Shown piece after piece: positions 36,731-50,491 of a stretch of DNA of 64,000 nt. Numbering within the stretch: the stretch's first letter is position 1; each line of letters begins with the position of its first letter. Under the pieces are notes generated by a model. It did not search any database. It worked only from the letters and a program-made list of their open reading frames with translations, and was not told the DNA's origin. Origin of the DNA: Octopus vulgaris (lineage: Eukaryota); NCBI GenBank assembly GCA_951406725.2, contig OX597819.1, positions 28,458,001-28,522,000 on the forward strand, given 5' to 3'. The position numbers and the translations under genes are program-made.

Positions 36731-37361
36731 GTAAGTATACTTGAAAAATTTTGAATCGAAAATTAAGTTTTCGTTTAACTTTATCAAATAGAAACTTAAA
36801 ACATATTGTGTGTCTTTGTATAAATACTTCACTAATTTATTTCGTAGCGTGCAACAACGTCACTCTTCTTTAAATTGGATTTAATACTTACGGAGAACTG
36901 TTATAACTCCAGTATTTAATTTCTGATTGACATGCTGATTAGATTATCTAAAAGTTCTGCGAGGCTCTAAGCAATAGCTTATCTTGCTAAAATTAATAAC
37001 CAAATCTCCCACAAATTACACTCTACCATCTTATGAAAAGGAATGATACATCAGACATCCTGAATACGAATTGAAGACATTAGTAACAACTTGGAACATC
37101 ATTAGTATATGCTCTATGAGGACTGACATGGGGATAGCTATATACGTTTGGTGGTCCTGCAAGAAATAGCTGCTAAACTGCCTTCAAATCATAATCATAG
37201 TCGCAGAAGTGGATGTGTGGTAAGTAGCTTGCTTACCAACCGCATGGTTCTGGGTTCAGTCTCACTGCGTGGCACCTTGGGCAAGTGTCTTCTACTATAG
37301 CCTCGGGCCGACCAAAGCCTTGTGAGTGGATTTGGTAGACGAAAACTGAAAGAAGCCCATC

Positions 37362-37443
<82 letters not shown>

Positions 37444-39111
37444 ATGTCTCCCCAACATCGCTTGACAACCCCGATGCTGGTGTGTTTACGTCCCCGTAAC
37501 TTTGCGATTCAGCAAAAGAGTACGATAGGATAAGTACCAGGCATACAATAGCACAAGTCTTGGGGGTTGATTTGCTCGACTAAAGGCGGTGCTCCAGCAT
37601 GGCCGCAGTCAAATGACTGAAACAAATAAAAGAAATATATCAAAGACATTAGTTAAAAAGTTGGCGTGCACCTCTAACTTTGTTTCTGCATAATTTTCAG
37701 AAAATTGATACTTCCAATGAAATTTTCTACAAATATGCCTCAGATAGCGCAGATAATGATTATATCGGTATTTAATATGATCAAATTTTTGACGAAGGTA
37801 AAGAATACGCACACCACCCGTTTTCGGCTGTTACTGTTATATCTCCGCCAAAATTTTTTTCTGAGGGTTGGGTGAGGAGTTACAGAAACTTCACACGAGT
37901 CAGCTGTATTTCCTCATAACTTTCAGATAAAATGGTAAATTTTTTAATGAAGTACCATTTAGAATGTCTACACACTTTGAATGGTATTTCATAAAAAATT
38001 GCGCAGGAGTGGCTGTGTGGTAAGTAGCTTGCCAACCAACCACATAGTTCTGGTTTCAGTCCCACTGCGTGGCATCTTGGGCAAGTGTCTTCTACTATAG
38101 CCTTGGGCCGACCAAAGCCTTGTGAGTGGATTTGGTAGACGGAAACTGAAAGAAGCCTGTCGTATATATGTATATATATATATATGTGTGTGTGTGTCTG
38201 TGTTTGTCCCCCTAGCATTACTTGACAACAGATGCTGGTGCGTTTACGTCCCCGTAACTTAGCGGTTCGGCAAAAGAGGCCAATAGAATAAGTACTAGGC
38301 TTACAAAGAATAAGTCCTGGGGTCGATTTGCTCGACTAAAGGCGGTGTTCCAGCATGGCCACAGTCAAATGACTGAAACAAGTAAAAGAGTAAAAAGAGA
38401 TATTGGAATTTGATATGACCCCCCCCCCTCGCAATTGGTGGGCTCGTACACATACATACTGACACACATCTACAAAATGGAACTTGAAATTTCGAAAAGA
38501 AAGTCATGTTTGTCAGTGTGTATGTGTACGAATCCGATTTTCTTTCCACCACAAATTCTCATATAAGCGGAATCTACACCATCGGAAGCATATTTGTAGA
38601 TAATTTCATTGCATAAATATCCGTTTTTTCTAGAAATTATGACGAAACAAAGTTAATGGGTTGGCGTAACACACTTGTGCAGCGTGACACAGAGTGTGAC
38701 AAGGCTGGCCCTTTGAAATACAGGTACAACAGAAACAGGAAGAAAGAGTGAGAGAAAGTTGTGGTGAAAGAGTACAGCAGGGTTCACCACCACCCCCTGG
38801 AGGATCCTTGTGAAGCTTTAGGTGTTTTCGCTCAATAAACACTCACAATGCCCGGTCTGGGAATCGAAACCGCAATCCTACGACCACGAGTCCGCTGCCC
38901 TAACCACTGGGCCATTGCGCCTCTACGCTTCACAACAATGTAAAGCTGGTAGAAATGTTGCTATCATTCCCAATACCCAAAAGAGGAAAGGCAAAATTCA
39001 CTTAAGTAGAATTTGAATTCAGAGTATAGAGAAGGGAACAAATAAATACTCACAAAGTATTTAATCAGAAGACTTTGCCAATTTGCTAATTCATAATTTA
39101 AGTTGCTTTAA

Positions 39112-39332
39112 ACCTTTAGTATTTAAACTGGCCATATCCGGCCAAAAGTATTCTGCCTGTTTTATATTCAAATTGGCCATATCTGGTCTCTCACATCAGC
39201 CCTACAATATCATTTTAAAAATTAACAGCTACCTCATCAAAATCTCATAGCACCAAGATAATGCCTGATTAGTTCAAAACAATGTGGATGAAAAAGCATT
39301 AATTTCAGCAGAATAATGCGAATACTAAAGGG
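39112..39332. mobile_element. piggyBac-like MITE, second family; relatives at about 27515-27720 and 59049-59268
   Basis: TTAA flanks; TIRs ACCTTTAGTATT / AATACTAAAGGG. Confidence 0.8.
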
Positions 39333-39362
39333 TTAAAGGAAAAAAAAATTCTTATTTTACAG

Positions 39363-39519
39363 TATGGTGTCTGACTTCTTTTATCCAAATATGGGTGGTG
39401 TTGAAAGCCATATTTATCAGCTGTCTCAATGTTTGATTGAAAGAGGACACAAAGTCATTATAGCTACTCATCGTTATGAAGACAGACAAGGCGTGCGATA
39501 TTTAACCAATGGCTTAAAG
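39363..39519 (+). CDS. PIGA: PIGA (GPI-GlcNAc transferase catalytic subunit) exon
   Basis: tacag|[31 protein letters not shown]...RYLTNGLK|gtaggt. Confidence 0.97.
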
Positions 39520-40989
39520 GTAGGTAATATTGATATTTAACTATATTGTTACTGAACATTAACATCGTTCCTTATTGTTTCCTGATATAGGTGTAAAGCC
39601 AGAAATTTTTAGGGAAGGGTTACTCTAATCACTTGGTTCCTGTCCCTCTCACAACTGAGAAGTCCTTGTCTTGTGAGCCAATGGGTGCTGGTGCCATGTC
39701 AAAAGCACCCATACTGGTACCTTGTAAAAAGCACGTGCTGGTGCCATATATAAAGCACTAGTACTGGTGCCATTTAAAAAGCATCCAGTACACTCTGTAA
39801 AGTAGTGGGTGTTAAGAAGGGCTTTCAGCTGTAGAAACCTTACCAAGACAGGCAGCTGGAGCCTGGTGCAGCCCTCCAGCTTGCCAGCTCCTGTCAAACC
39901 ATCCAACCCATGCCATCATGGAAAACAGATGTTGAATGATGATAATGATGGGTTAGTCAGTTAAATGAATCCTAGTACTTTTCAGGTACTTTATTTTAGT
40001 GATCTTAGAAGGATGAAAGGAAAAGTTGGACTGGATTTGAACTCAGAATACAACAAATATCCAAAGCATTTTGTTCTAAATTCTGATGACTCTCAGTTCA
40101 CCAACCAACATATATCATTATTAGAATTAGCCTTTAAGGTGGTGGATTAACAGACTCATTAGAACATTGGATAAAATACCTTGCGGTGTATAATTACAGC
40201 ACTTAATGTTCATCATCATCATCATCATCATCGTTTAACGTCCGTTCTCCATGCTAGCATGGGTTGGACGGTTCAACCGGGGATCTGGGAAGCCAGAAGG
40301 CTGCACCAGGCTCCAGTCTGATCTGGCAGTGTTTCTACAGCTGGATGCCCTTCCTAATGCCAACCACTCTGTGAGTGTAGTGGGTGCTTTTTACGTGCCA
40401 CCGGCACAGGTGCCAGACGAGGCTGGCAACGGCCATGATCGGATTGGTGCATTTTACGTGCCACCAGCACAGAAGCCAGTCGAGGCGGCACTGGCATTGG
40501 CCACGTTCAGATGGTGCTTTTTATGTGCCACCGGCACAGGGATCACAGCTGCAGTTTCCATTGATTTTGATGTTGGTGTACTTGACTTAATGGATCTCCT
40601 CAAGCACAGGGTCGAAATGGTGTTTCTTCACTTTCCACCTGCACAGGAGTCAGTCCAGCGGTCCTGGCAACTGCCGGGTGCCAGTCATAGGATTGGTTCA
40701 ATTTCGATTTCACTTGCCCCAACAGGTCTTCGCAAGCAGAGTTTAGTGTCCAATGAAGTTTAGTGTCCATGGATGCCTGTCGTCGGATGAGGTTCGATTT
40801 CGACTTCGCTTGCCTCAACAGGTCTTCGTGTGTCCAAGGGAGGAAAGATATGCATAAGTGAGCTGGACTCACTTGTTCTGAATGTTCTGAGGTTAAACCC
40901 TGCTGAGGTTAAATTTGCATTACATCTCTCTGGGTTTGATAAAATGCAGTCCCAGTGAAGTTCTCAAAGCTGCTGGCCCTGTGCCTATA

Positions 40990-41385
40990 TCTTTATATAT
41001 AAAAGTGAGGTTGTGTGCTGTCTGTCTCCTACGATTTAGATTCCTAACTACTCCCACATTTTGCGGTGCAGTTTAACCAAAACCGGGTATCTTATAGTCG
41101 TGATTCATATCGAGCCCTTTTGGGTATTAGCGCGCGTCTACGATGAGTCTACGATTTTAAAAAAGAATTTACCATCAATTTTTCCCATTTTTTAATGCAT
41201 TTTTGGCATATATAAGGGAAGTAACTCTCTAAAAATTTATTAAATCTCAGAATGTAAAAAGCTACAGTAACATCCCCCCCTTTGTGGTTAGCCATATTGA
41301 GATGACTATTATACTTTACATCTCTAAAAATGCTTATATAGTTATTTCCCTTACAAACCCGAGCAACGCCGGGCGATACTGCTAG
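40990..41385 (+). mobile_element. non-autonomous Helitron
   Basis: A|TC 5' end, 3' hairpin CCCGAGCAACGCCGGG, CTAG|T end, no TSD. Confidence 0.88.
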
Positions 41386-42565
41386 TTAGAAATAATTAGT
41401 AAAATAAGTTTGATACTGACTTGTGTATTGTACAAAGCAAAATTAAAATTACGTTAAGCTTAATTTTCCAAATAATATCTTCAGACATATGTGAACTATA
41501 TCACATCTGGTGATAAACCAGTTTGTGTGATTTTATCTAAGTAACTTCTAATGAGAAGCGGCTTCTAATGATGCTGTTATTGAACCCATTAGATCCTGTC
41601 AAACCATCCAGCAAACAAGATTTTATGAGAAATGTTTTTTTATGCTACTAAAATATGTGGAGACTATATGAAGCCCATGACAAGTTGAAGACTTGTGTTA
41701 AAAGGGAAACAAATTTTAAATTTCTGCAAGTAGTTTAATTGGGAACACAACTTGTAAAATCTAGCAATATTACAATTAATGAAGTTATTTTTTGACACTA
41801 AATTAAGATTTCGTCATAAGTTTTAATGAAAACTTTTCTGTTGAGTATTTTGGTTCTTTGTTTACTGGTTTATACGGAACATCTACAAAGTGGAAGAATA
41901 AATAAAAAAATCAGTAATTGATATTTTATTTTTATTTTATAAATATCATAGGTTTTTTTATAGAAGTGCATGGCCTAGAAGTTAGTGTGTCTGGCTCATG
42001 ATCCTAAAGTTTTGAGTTCAATTCCTGGACTGGGTAGTGCATTGTGATCGTTGAACAAGGCACTTCATTTCATGTTGCTCCAGTCTACTCAGTTAAAAGT
42101 AAGTACCAGCCTATTGAAGATGATGCAGTCCTCTTCTTCTCCAAAGGTTACATCCTGGAGCTTCCATTGGGTCAGTGATTATGAGTTCATAAGGATGTCT
42201 GTGACTGCTTGCGATTGCATAAGCACTTAAAACATTTAGTAACATTGTACATTGTGCCAAACCATACTTTCTTACAGGTGACTTCTGATTGTAGTTCTTT
42301 GTATTTTATTCTACGTGTATACTTTGTTTATAGATATTCTGTATGTTAGTATTTTTCTTAAAAATTTCCAGTTATGACAAAATTTGAACATATGGTCTTT
42401 TAGAAATATTTAAAAGTAATTTAAAAAAAAAATATATTTTAGATAATCATTCATAAATCTCTAATTATGAACAAAAGTTGAACTGATTTTCTTTCTATTT
42501 GATAATAATTCGGTATTTCAAAGGTTTGACATCAATTACACCTTTAAATTTCTGCTATCTTTTAG

Positions 42566-42688
42566 GTTTATTACCTGCCATTCTACCCCATTTATAACCA
42601 ATGCATTCTGCCATCACTTTTCACCTCATTTCCCTTGCTTCGGGATATTTTCATTCGAGAGAAAATCACTATTGTTCATGGACATTCG
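42566..42688 (+). CDS. PIGA: PIGA exon
   Basis: tttag|[41 protein letters not shown]|gtaaga. Confidence 0.96.
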
Positions 42689-42719
42689 GTAAGATAACTT
42701 TTAAAAACTGGAATGATGA

Positions 42720-43258
42720 TACAAAGCTAGTATGCTTTGCTGGATGTGCAATGTCAGTGTGCATGTATGACAGAGTGTACATGTCTTGAGAGAAAAACTG
42801 CGCATAAGAGGTATCAGATGTGGTGTGCAAGAGATGACTGTGCTGGTATGGTCATGTGATGCATATGGACAAGGATAGCTGTGTAAAGAAGTGCCAATCT
42901 CTAACTGTGGAGGGAACCTGTGGTAGAGGTAGACATGGGATGAGGTGTTGAAACATTATCCTCAAATGTTGGACCTCATGGAGGTGATGACAAGTGACTG
43001 AGACCTTTGGCAATATGCTGTGCTTGAGAAGACATGTCAAGCCATATGAAATCATAGTTGTGGCTGGTGCTGGTGCTGGTAGTATGTAAAATGCACCCAT
43101 TACACTCTTGGAATGGCTGGCATTAGGAAGGGCATCCAACCGTAGAAACCATGCCAAATCAGATTGGAACCTGGTGCAGCTCTCCATCTTACCAGTTCCA
43201 GTCAAACTGTCTAACCCATGCCAGCATGGAAAGCGGATGCTAAATGATGATGATAATA
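42720..43258 (+). mobile_element. degenerate RTE 3' fragment
   Basis: tggtatggtcatgtg...gagggaacctgtggtagagg followed by the RTE tail. Confidence 0.75.
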
Positions 43259-43395
43259 ATTTATGTAATAAATTATGATCATAATTTATGTAATAAATTA
43301 TGATAATAATTATGATAATAATTTATGTAATAAATTATGATAATAATTTATGTAAAAAATTGATTATAATTTATGTAATAAATTATGATAATTAT
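43255..43395. repeat. AT-rich minisatellite
   Basis: Recurring taatttatgtaataaattatga units. Confidence 0.8.
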
Positions 43396-44198
43396 GTTTG
43401 TAAGTTATATAAATATAGTTTAAAGATAGTGTCAGATAATATATACATGTTCATAAGTTTTAGATTAAAAGCACTGGCATGGCTTTATGGTTAAGAAGTT
43501 TGCTTCCCAACTATATGCCTCCAGGTTCAGTCACACTGTTTAGCACCTTGGGCAAGTGTTTTCTACTATTGCTCCTGGTTGACTAATCTTTTGTGACAGA
43601 ATTTGGGAAATGGAACCTGCACAATGTCTCTTGCATGCATACATACATACATACATATCTATATATCATCATAAAGGTGGCGAGCTGGCAGAAACGTTAG
43701 TGTGCCGGGCGAAATGCTTAGCGGTATTTCGTCTGTTGTTACGTTCTGAGTTCAAATTCCGCCGAGGTCGACTTTGCATTTCATCCTTTTGGGGTTGATA
43801 AATAAAGTACCAGTTTCGCACTGGGGTCGATGTAATCGACTTAATCCCTTTGTCTGTCCTTGTTTGTCCCCTCTGTGTTTAGTCCCTTGTGGGCAGTAAA
43901 GAAATATATATCTATATATCATCATGTGTCTGTTGTCCATGCTGGCATGGATTGGACAGTTTGACTGGTCTGGCATACTGGAAGGCTGCGCCATATATAT
44001 ATGTGTGTATATATATACACACACACACACACACATTATATATTCATAATACCCAAGCTATACTTTCAGCTTCATAGGCGCAGGAGTGGCTGTGTGGTAA
44101 GTAGCTTGCTAACATACCAACCTGTCTGGAGCAAAGTATTGGAATCTTGGAGGGAGAATGCAAATCCATAATTTATATGCTACAAATGATCACGATGT

Positions 44199-44252
<54 letters not shown>

Positions 44253-45950
44253 ATGTATGTATGAGTGTGTTTGTGTGTCTGTGTTTGTCCCCCTAGCATT
44301 GCTTGACTACCATGTAGGAAGCCAGTTAAAATTTGCTCTAAAATTGAAGACAGAAAGCGAACGTACATAAATATGTACATAAATCCATACATATGCATAT
44401 ACATATGTATATATGTATACCTATTGGAGCAACAGGATACATACCAACCTGTCTGGAGCAAAGTATTGGAATCTTGGAGGGAGAATGCAAATCCATAATT
44501 TGTATGCTACAAATGATCACGATGTCTGGGACTATAAAAATCTGCAAAACCTTCTTAGGATTTAAAGGATGATTGTTAAAAGAAGATACTTTCCTTCATG
44601 ACTTTGCTACCATGTAGGAAGCCAGTTAAAATTTGCTCTAGTGTGGAAAGCAGACGTTAAACGATGATGATGATGATGATGATGATACATACATATGTAT
44701 ATATGTATACATATATACATATATACATACGAACATATATATATGAATGAATGAATGATGGTTAGATAGCTGGCTGGCTAGCTGTAGAAACTCTGACAGA
44801 TCAGTTTGGAGTCTGGTGCAGCCATCTGGTTTGCCACGCATGTCGAACCGTCCAACCCATGCTAGTGTGGAAAGCAGACGTTAAACGATGATGATGATGA
44901 TGATACATACATATGTATATATGTATATATATATATACATATATACATACGAACCTATATATATATGAATGAATGAATGATGGTTAGATGACTGGCTGGC
45001 TAGGTGGCTGCAAACTCATTTTTGAGTATTGCCATCGCCTGATCTTGAGTCCCACGCATGTGAAGGCTATGACCAGCCATTTTTGCGATTAAGTCTTACT
45101 TTTTTTTAAAGCGATGCCTGTGCATGATGATGATGATGATGATGATGAATCCCACTCTCAGAACATGGATAACAAGCTCAAAAAGAACTAGTCCACATCA
45201 TCGAATGAATATACAAACATACATACATACTAGCGTTGCCTGACTGGCGTCCGTGTCGGTGACACGTAAAAGCACCAACCGATTGTGGCCGTTTCCCATC
45301 CTGCTCTGGTCCCTGTGCCAGTGGCATGTAAAAAACACCCACTACACTCACGGAGTGGTTGGCATTAGGAAGGGCATCCAGCTGTAGAAACACTGCCAAA
45401 TCAGACTAGAGCCTGGTGAAGCCTGCATGGCTTACCAGACCCCGGTCGAACCGTCCAACCCATGCTAGCATGGAACACAGACGTTAAATGATGCTGATAA
45501 TACATACATACTTATGTATATATGTATACATGTATACAGACATGCATATGTATAAACATACATGCATCTTCATTTATTTGTTTGTTTCAATCATAGGGCT
45601 GTGGCCATGCTGGGACACCACCTTGACGGGATTAGTTGATCAAATCGCCCCTGGTACTCACTTTTCTCAAAGTTTGATACTTGTTCCATCAGCCTCTTTT
45701 TCAGAACTGCTAGATTACCGGGGCATAAATAAACCAACACCGGTTATCAAGTGGTGGGGAAAACGATAAAAACACGTACACACACACAAGCACACACACA
45801 CACACACACATACATGTGCACACAGTTTATTTGCTGCTTTTTTTATATTACTCAAACTGAGTGAGCATTATTTTCAAGTTGTCTGTTACTGTACAAACTG
45901 TTGATTTCAATGACTTTCTCACCATTTCTTTGGACTTTCTTACATTTTAG

Positions 45951-46126
45951 GCATTTTCAACTTTGGCACATGAAGCTATGTTCCATGCAAAGACAATGGG
46001 ATTGAGAGTGGTTTTCACCGATCATTCTCTTTTTGGTTTTGCGGATGGTAGTTCTATACTGACCAATAAGGTATTGACTGTCTCATTAGCAGATTGTAAC
46101 CACTCCATTTGTGTCTCACATACAAG
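45951..46126 (+). CDS. PIGA: PIGA exon
   Basis: tttag|[32 protein letters not shown]...ICVSHT|gttagt. Confidence 0.97.
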
Positions 46127-46183
46127 GTTAGTTGCATTCCTACCATTTAAAAGAGAAAAAGTTTTATACAAATAAATTTTATA

Positions 46184-46698
46184 TACCGTAAATCCTCGAG
46201 TATAATCCGCATTTTTTCCCAAAATTCAAAGGTCAAAATCCCTAGTGCGTACTATATACGAGGTTAAAAATGAAAAATATCTACTAAGCAATGTCCGAGT
46301 CTCTATTTGCTGTCTAGCAATGTTTATTCAGACGTATTTTGTGATGTCGGGGGCAAAAATACCCCTTAAGCTAAGCCTGAAAGCAATGAAGTCATAAAAG
46401 AATCATCCATAACTTGCAGTAAGCAACATTTATTAAATGTTATTACTGTTATTTCTTTATTTTCTGCAAACAAAATGCACAGAAAATCTACATGTTTGCA
46501 TTATGTTGTATGTACAATGATAATAAAGGACGTTACCATATACATTTTTACAAACCAAGGACGTTATATAGACCTCCTTGACTCAAGTTAGAGAAGGGAT
46601 GCGTATTACACAAGGTTTAGGTTTTTCAGAGGTACAGCCCCCTAAAAATCCCCTGCATATTATACTCAAGGGCAGACTATACTTGAGGATTTACGGTG
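46184..46698. mobile_element. Tc1/mariner(pogo)-like MITE
   Basis: TIRs TACCGTAAATCCTCGAGTATA / TATACTTGAGGATTTACGGTG; TA flanks. Confidence 0.8.
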
Positions 46699-47060
46699 TA
46701 TATATATATATATATAAACTGTGTATGTATATATATATATCATCATCATCATCATTTAACGTCCGTTCTCCATGCTAGCATGGGTTGGACGGTTCGACCG
46801 GGGATCTGGGAAGCCAGAAGGCTGCACCAGGCTCCAGTCTTATCTGGCAATGTTTCTACAGCTGGATGCCCTTCCTAACGCCAACCACTCCGTGAGTGTA
46901 GTGGGTGTTTTTTATGTGCCACCTGCACAGGTGCCAGGCGAGATATAATATATATATATATAAGATCAGCAACAATTTAGATTCAAATGAATATGGTACT
47001 TAATTTAGATGCACCAGAATTTTGTATGGTGTTACCCACAAAAATTTGCGGGGTGATTAT

Positions 47061-47165
47061 AATCAAAAATAAGCAACAAGAATGATTCTGGTAATTTAGT
47101 ACAATTGTAGTATGAAACAATTGTACTAAATTACCGGAATCATTCTTGTTGCTTATTTTTTGATT
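47061..47165. repeat. inverted repeat with about 48-bp arms and an 8-nt loop
   Basis: aatcaaaaataagc...acaattgt / acaattgt...gcttattttttgatt. Confidence 0.9.
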
Positions 47166-47166
47166 G

Positions 47167-47205
<39 letters not shown>

Positions 47206-48113
47206 ATTTACACACACATGCACATATATATAATCTTTTTTTATTTCCTTTTTACTTGTTTCAGTAATTTGACTGCAGCCATACTGGAATACTGTCATGA
47301 AAGGTTTTAGTTGAACAAATTGATCCCAGGATTGTTTTCTTTATAAGCCTAGTACTTATTCTATTGATCTCTTATGCTGAACTGCTAAGTTACAGGGACG
47401 TAAATGCACCAACGTCTCTTGCACTCATGTGAACTTACTACTCACACTACTTCTCTTTATTCTCCTTTCTGTTACTTGAGGATGTGCTCTGACATGCCTT
47501 CACCATCACCTTCCTCCTCTTCCATTTGGGGTAACCATATACCTTCCCTACAGCAAAACACCTGTTCTTGTCTCCTGCATAAAGCCACCTCTCTTAGTGC
47601 TGCTCCTCCTTCACTCAGTTGAGTGGGGTCTTGGGAGTTATCTGGTGACCTTGCTGGTGTTGGTGCTATGTTAAAAGCATCCAGTATACTTTGTAAAGTA
47701 GTTGGCATTGAGAAGAACATCCAGTTGTAGAAACTATACCAAAGCAGAAATTGGAGGTTGATGCAGTCTTCTGGTTCACCAGTTTCTTCTGAACTGTCCA
47801 ACCCATGCCAGCATGGAAAGCAGACGTTAAATGATGATATCAACAGTGATGATGTATTTAGGTGTGTGTGTCAGAGTGAGAGACAGAAGCCATTATGTAA
47901 CTGGTTCCATTCTGCTACATCTCTAAGGCTATGTGATTTACTAGAAATAGTAGTCAAATCCCTCTCCTACAATATCCTACCATCTTAAAAAAAAAAAAAG
48001 AGACACATAGATAATGTAGCCCTAGATAGCCTCAAATTATTTTAAAGCTGGACTAAATATATCAGAATTAATTAACCCATTTACTTTTTAATGTATATGG
48101 TAATTTGATGTTG

Positions 48114-48144
<31 letters not shown>

Positions 48145-49432
48145 TGTTTAACGTCCATTTTCCATGCTAGCATGGGTTGGACGGTTCAACTGGGGTCTGG
48201 GAAGCCAGAAGGCTGCGCCAGGCCCAGTCTGATCTGGCAGTGTTTCTACAGCTGGATGCCCTTCCTAACACCAACCACTCTGTGAGTGTACTGGGTGCTT
48301 TTTACATGCCACCTGCACAGGTGCCAGACGAGGCTGGCAAAAGGCCACGATCGGATGGTGCTTTTTACGTGCCACCAGCATGGGGGCCAGACGAGGCTGG
48401 AAACGGCCACGTTCGGATGGTGCTTTTTATGTGCCACCGGCATGGAGGCCAGTTGGGGTGGCGCTAGCAACGGCCATGTTCGGATGGTTCTCTTATGTGC
48501 CACCGGCCCTGGTATCACAGCTACAATTTCCATTGATGTTGACTGATTTTGATTTTGATTTTGATTTTCACTTGCCTCAACAGGTCTTCACAAGTAGGGT
48601 TTGTGTCACAAGAAGGAAAGGTATGCATAAGTGGGCTGGCTACGTCCCAGGTACAGGTTACAGGCTATGGTCTCACTTGTCCTGCCGGGTCTTCCCACGC
48701 ACAGCATACTTCCAAAGGTCTCGGTCTCTGGTCATTTCCTCGGTGAGACCTAAAGTTCGAAGGTCGTGCTTCACCACCTCGTCCCAGGTTTTCCTGGGTC
48801 TCCCTCTTCCACAGGTTCCTTCAACTGCTAGGGTGTGACACTTTTTCACACAACTATCTTCATCCATTCTCGCTACATGACCATACCAGCCCAAACGACT
48901 CTCTTGCACACCACAACTGATGCTTCTTAGGTCCAACTTTTCTCTCAAGGTACTTACACTCTCAAGTGTAATGTCCTTCTCTCAAGGATATTACACATCC
49001 ATCGGAGCATACTGGCTTCATTCCTTGTGAGCTTACGCATATCCTCAGCAGTCACGGCCCAAGTTTCACTGCCATGTAGCATGGCTGTTCGTACACATGC
49101 GTCATACAGTCTGCCTTTTATTCTGAGCGAGAGGCCTTTTGTCACCAGCAGAGGTAAGAGCTCTCTGAACTTTGCCGAGGCTATTCTTACTCTAGCAGTT
49201 ACATTTTCTGCACACCCGCCCCCGCTACTGACTTGGTCACCTAGGTAACGGAAGCTATCAACAATTTCTAGTTTTTTTCCGTGGAATGTGGCGGAAGTTG
49301 GTCTCTGAGCATTTTCAATGTTTATTGCTCCTGAGCATCTGCCACATACAAAAACTTTCTTCCCAGTTAGCCTTCCTTTGACATTGCTGCACCTCTTATG
49401 TGTCCATAGCTTACACTTGGTGCATCTTATAG
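48114..49432 (-). mobile_element. 5'-truncated RTE LINE in a PIGA intron
   Basis: ORFs 48673-48948 and 48954-49145 are nearly identical to the RT C-terminus; (CAT)n tail at 48114. Confidence 0.95.
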
Positions 49433-49885
49433 AATTATGCCTCTAAAAATTTTAAATTCAAATTATTTCAATAAAAGACTAACTAAAAATTTTTGTATAG
49501 TAATAAACCAAAACGTGCAGAATTCTCACCGCTCTTCCAAAGAGCAAGGGCACTAGTTTATGGAGTTGTTTCCCTTGTCTTGAGAAGTAATCTTTAAAAC
49601 TATTTTTTTTTTTGTTTTTCCACAAGTGAATGTAGCTTATTTTAAGTTGAATATATTAGCATGAACCCTCTCAGATTCCCTGAATATCACAATGGTGTCT
49701 ACAGTTACTTTTGATTTCTGGCTGTAGTAGTTCCAATTGAGTTACATTAATCCTAGGTGATTGGTTTACCTATGGGTAACATCTATCTCTTGTAATACAC
49801 TTCTATATTTAAGAGATGAGGAATTATGTACACTATTTACATTATTTACATTTGACGGATATTTGTCCTCATCTTAATTGTAGTT

Positions 49886-49931
49886 AACATAACATTTCGG
49901 CTGATATACCCTCCAGCCTTCATCAGGTGTC
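49886..49931 (-). ncRNA. minimal hammerhead ribozyme-like motif
   Basis: GACAC CUGAUGA A GGCUG-loop-CAGCC GAAA UGUU AUGUU. Confidence 0.65.
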
Positions 49932-50448
49932 TTGGGGAAATTTCGAACCTGCGTTCTCATTCCTAAGGTATTTTTCGATGTTGTTGTTGTTCTTGTTGTC
50001 CTCCTCACTGGATAATAATAATCGAACTTGGAATCTTGGGGTTAGTAGTTTGTGCTCTTAACCACTATGCCATATACCCGTGAGCAATTATGGAGTGAAT
50101 TTTAGGTCTTATAAATCTAATATTTTCCTATCCTTCCTTAATACCGGTTCCCATTTGCTACTCATATCTGCACTCGGTCTGCAAAATTCTGAGTTCGATT
50201 CCAGGCAGTGACCATAGCAATAATAACAATAATAATAATAATAATAATAATGATAATAATAGTGCATCCAGCTGTAGAAACTCTGCCAGACCAGATTGGA
50301 GTCTGGTGCAGCCATCTGGTTTGCCAGTCCTCAGTCAAATCGTCCAACCCATGCCAGCATGGAAAGCAAACGTTAAACGATGATGATGACGATGAATAAC
50401 ATTGAAAAATACCTTAGAAACGAGAACTCAGGTTCGAAATTTCCTCTA

Positions 50449-50491
50449 GACACCTGATGAAAGCTGGGGGGTATATCAGCCGAAACATGTT
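50449..50491 (+). ncRNA. minimal hammerhead ribozyme-like motif (more decayed)
   Basis: GACAC CUGAUGA A AGCUG-loop-CAGCC GAAA CAUGUU. Confidence 0.55.
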
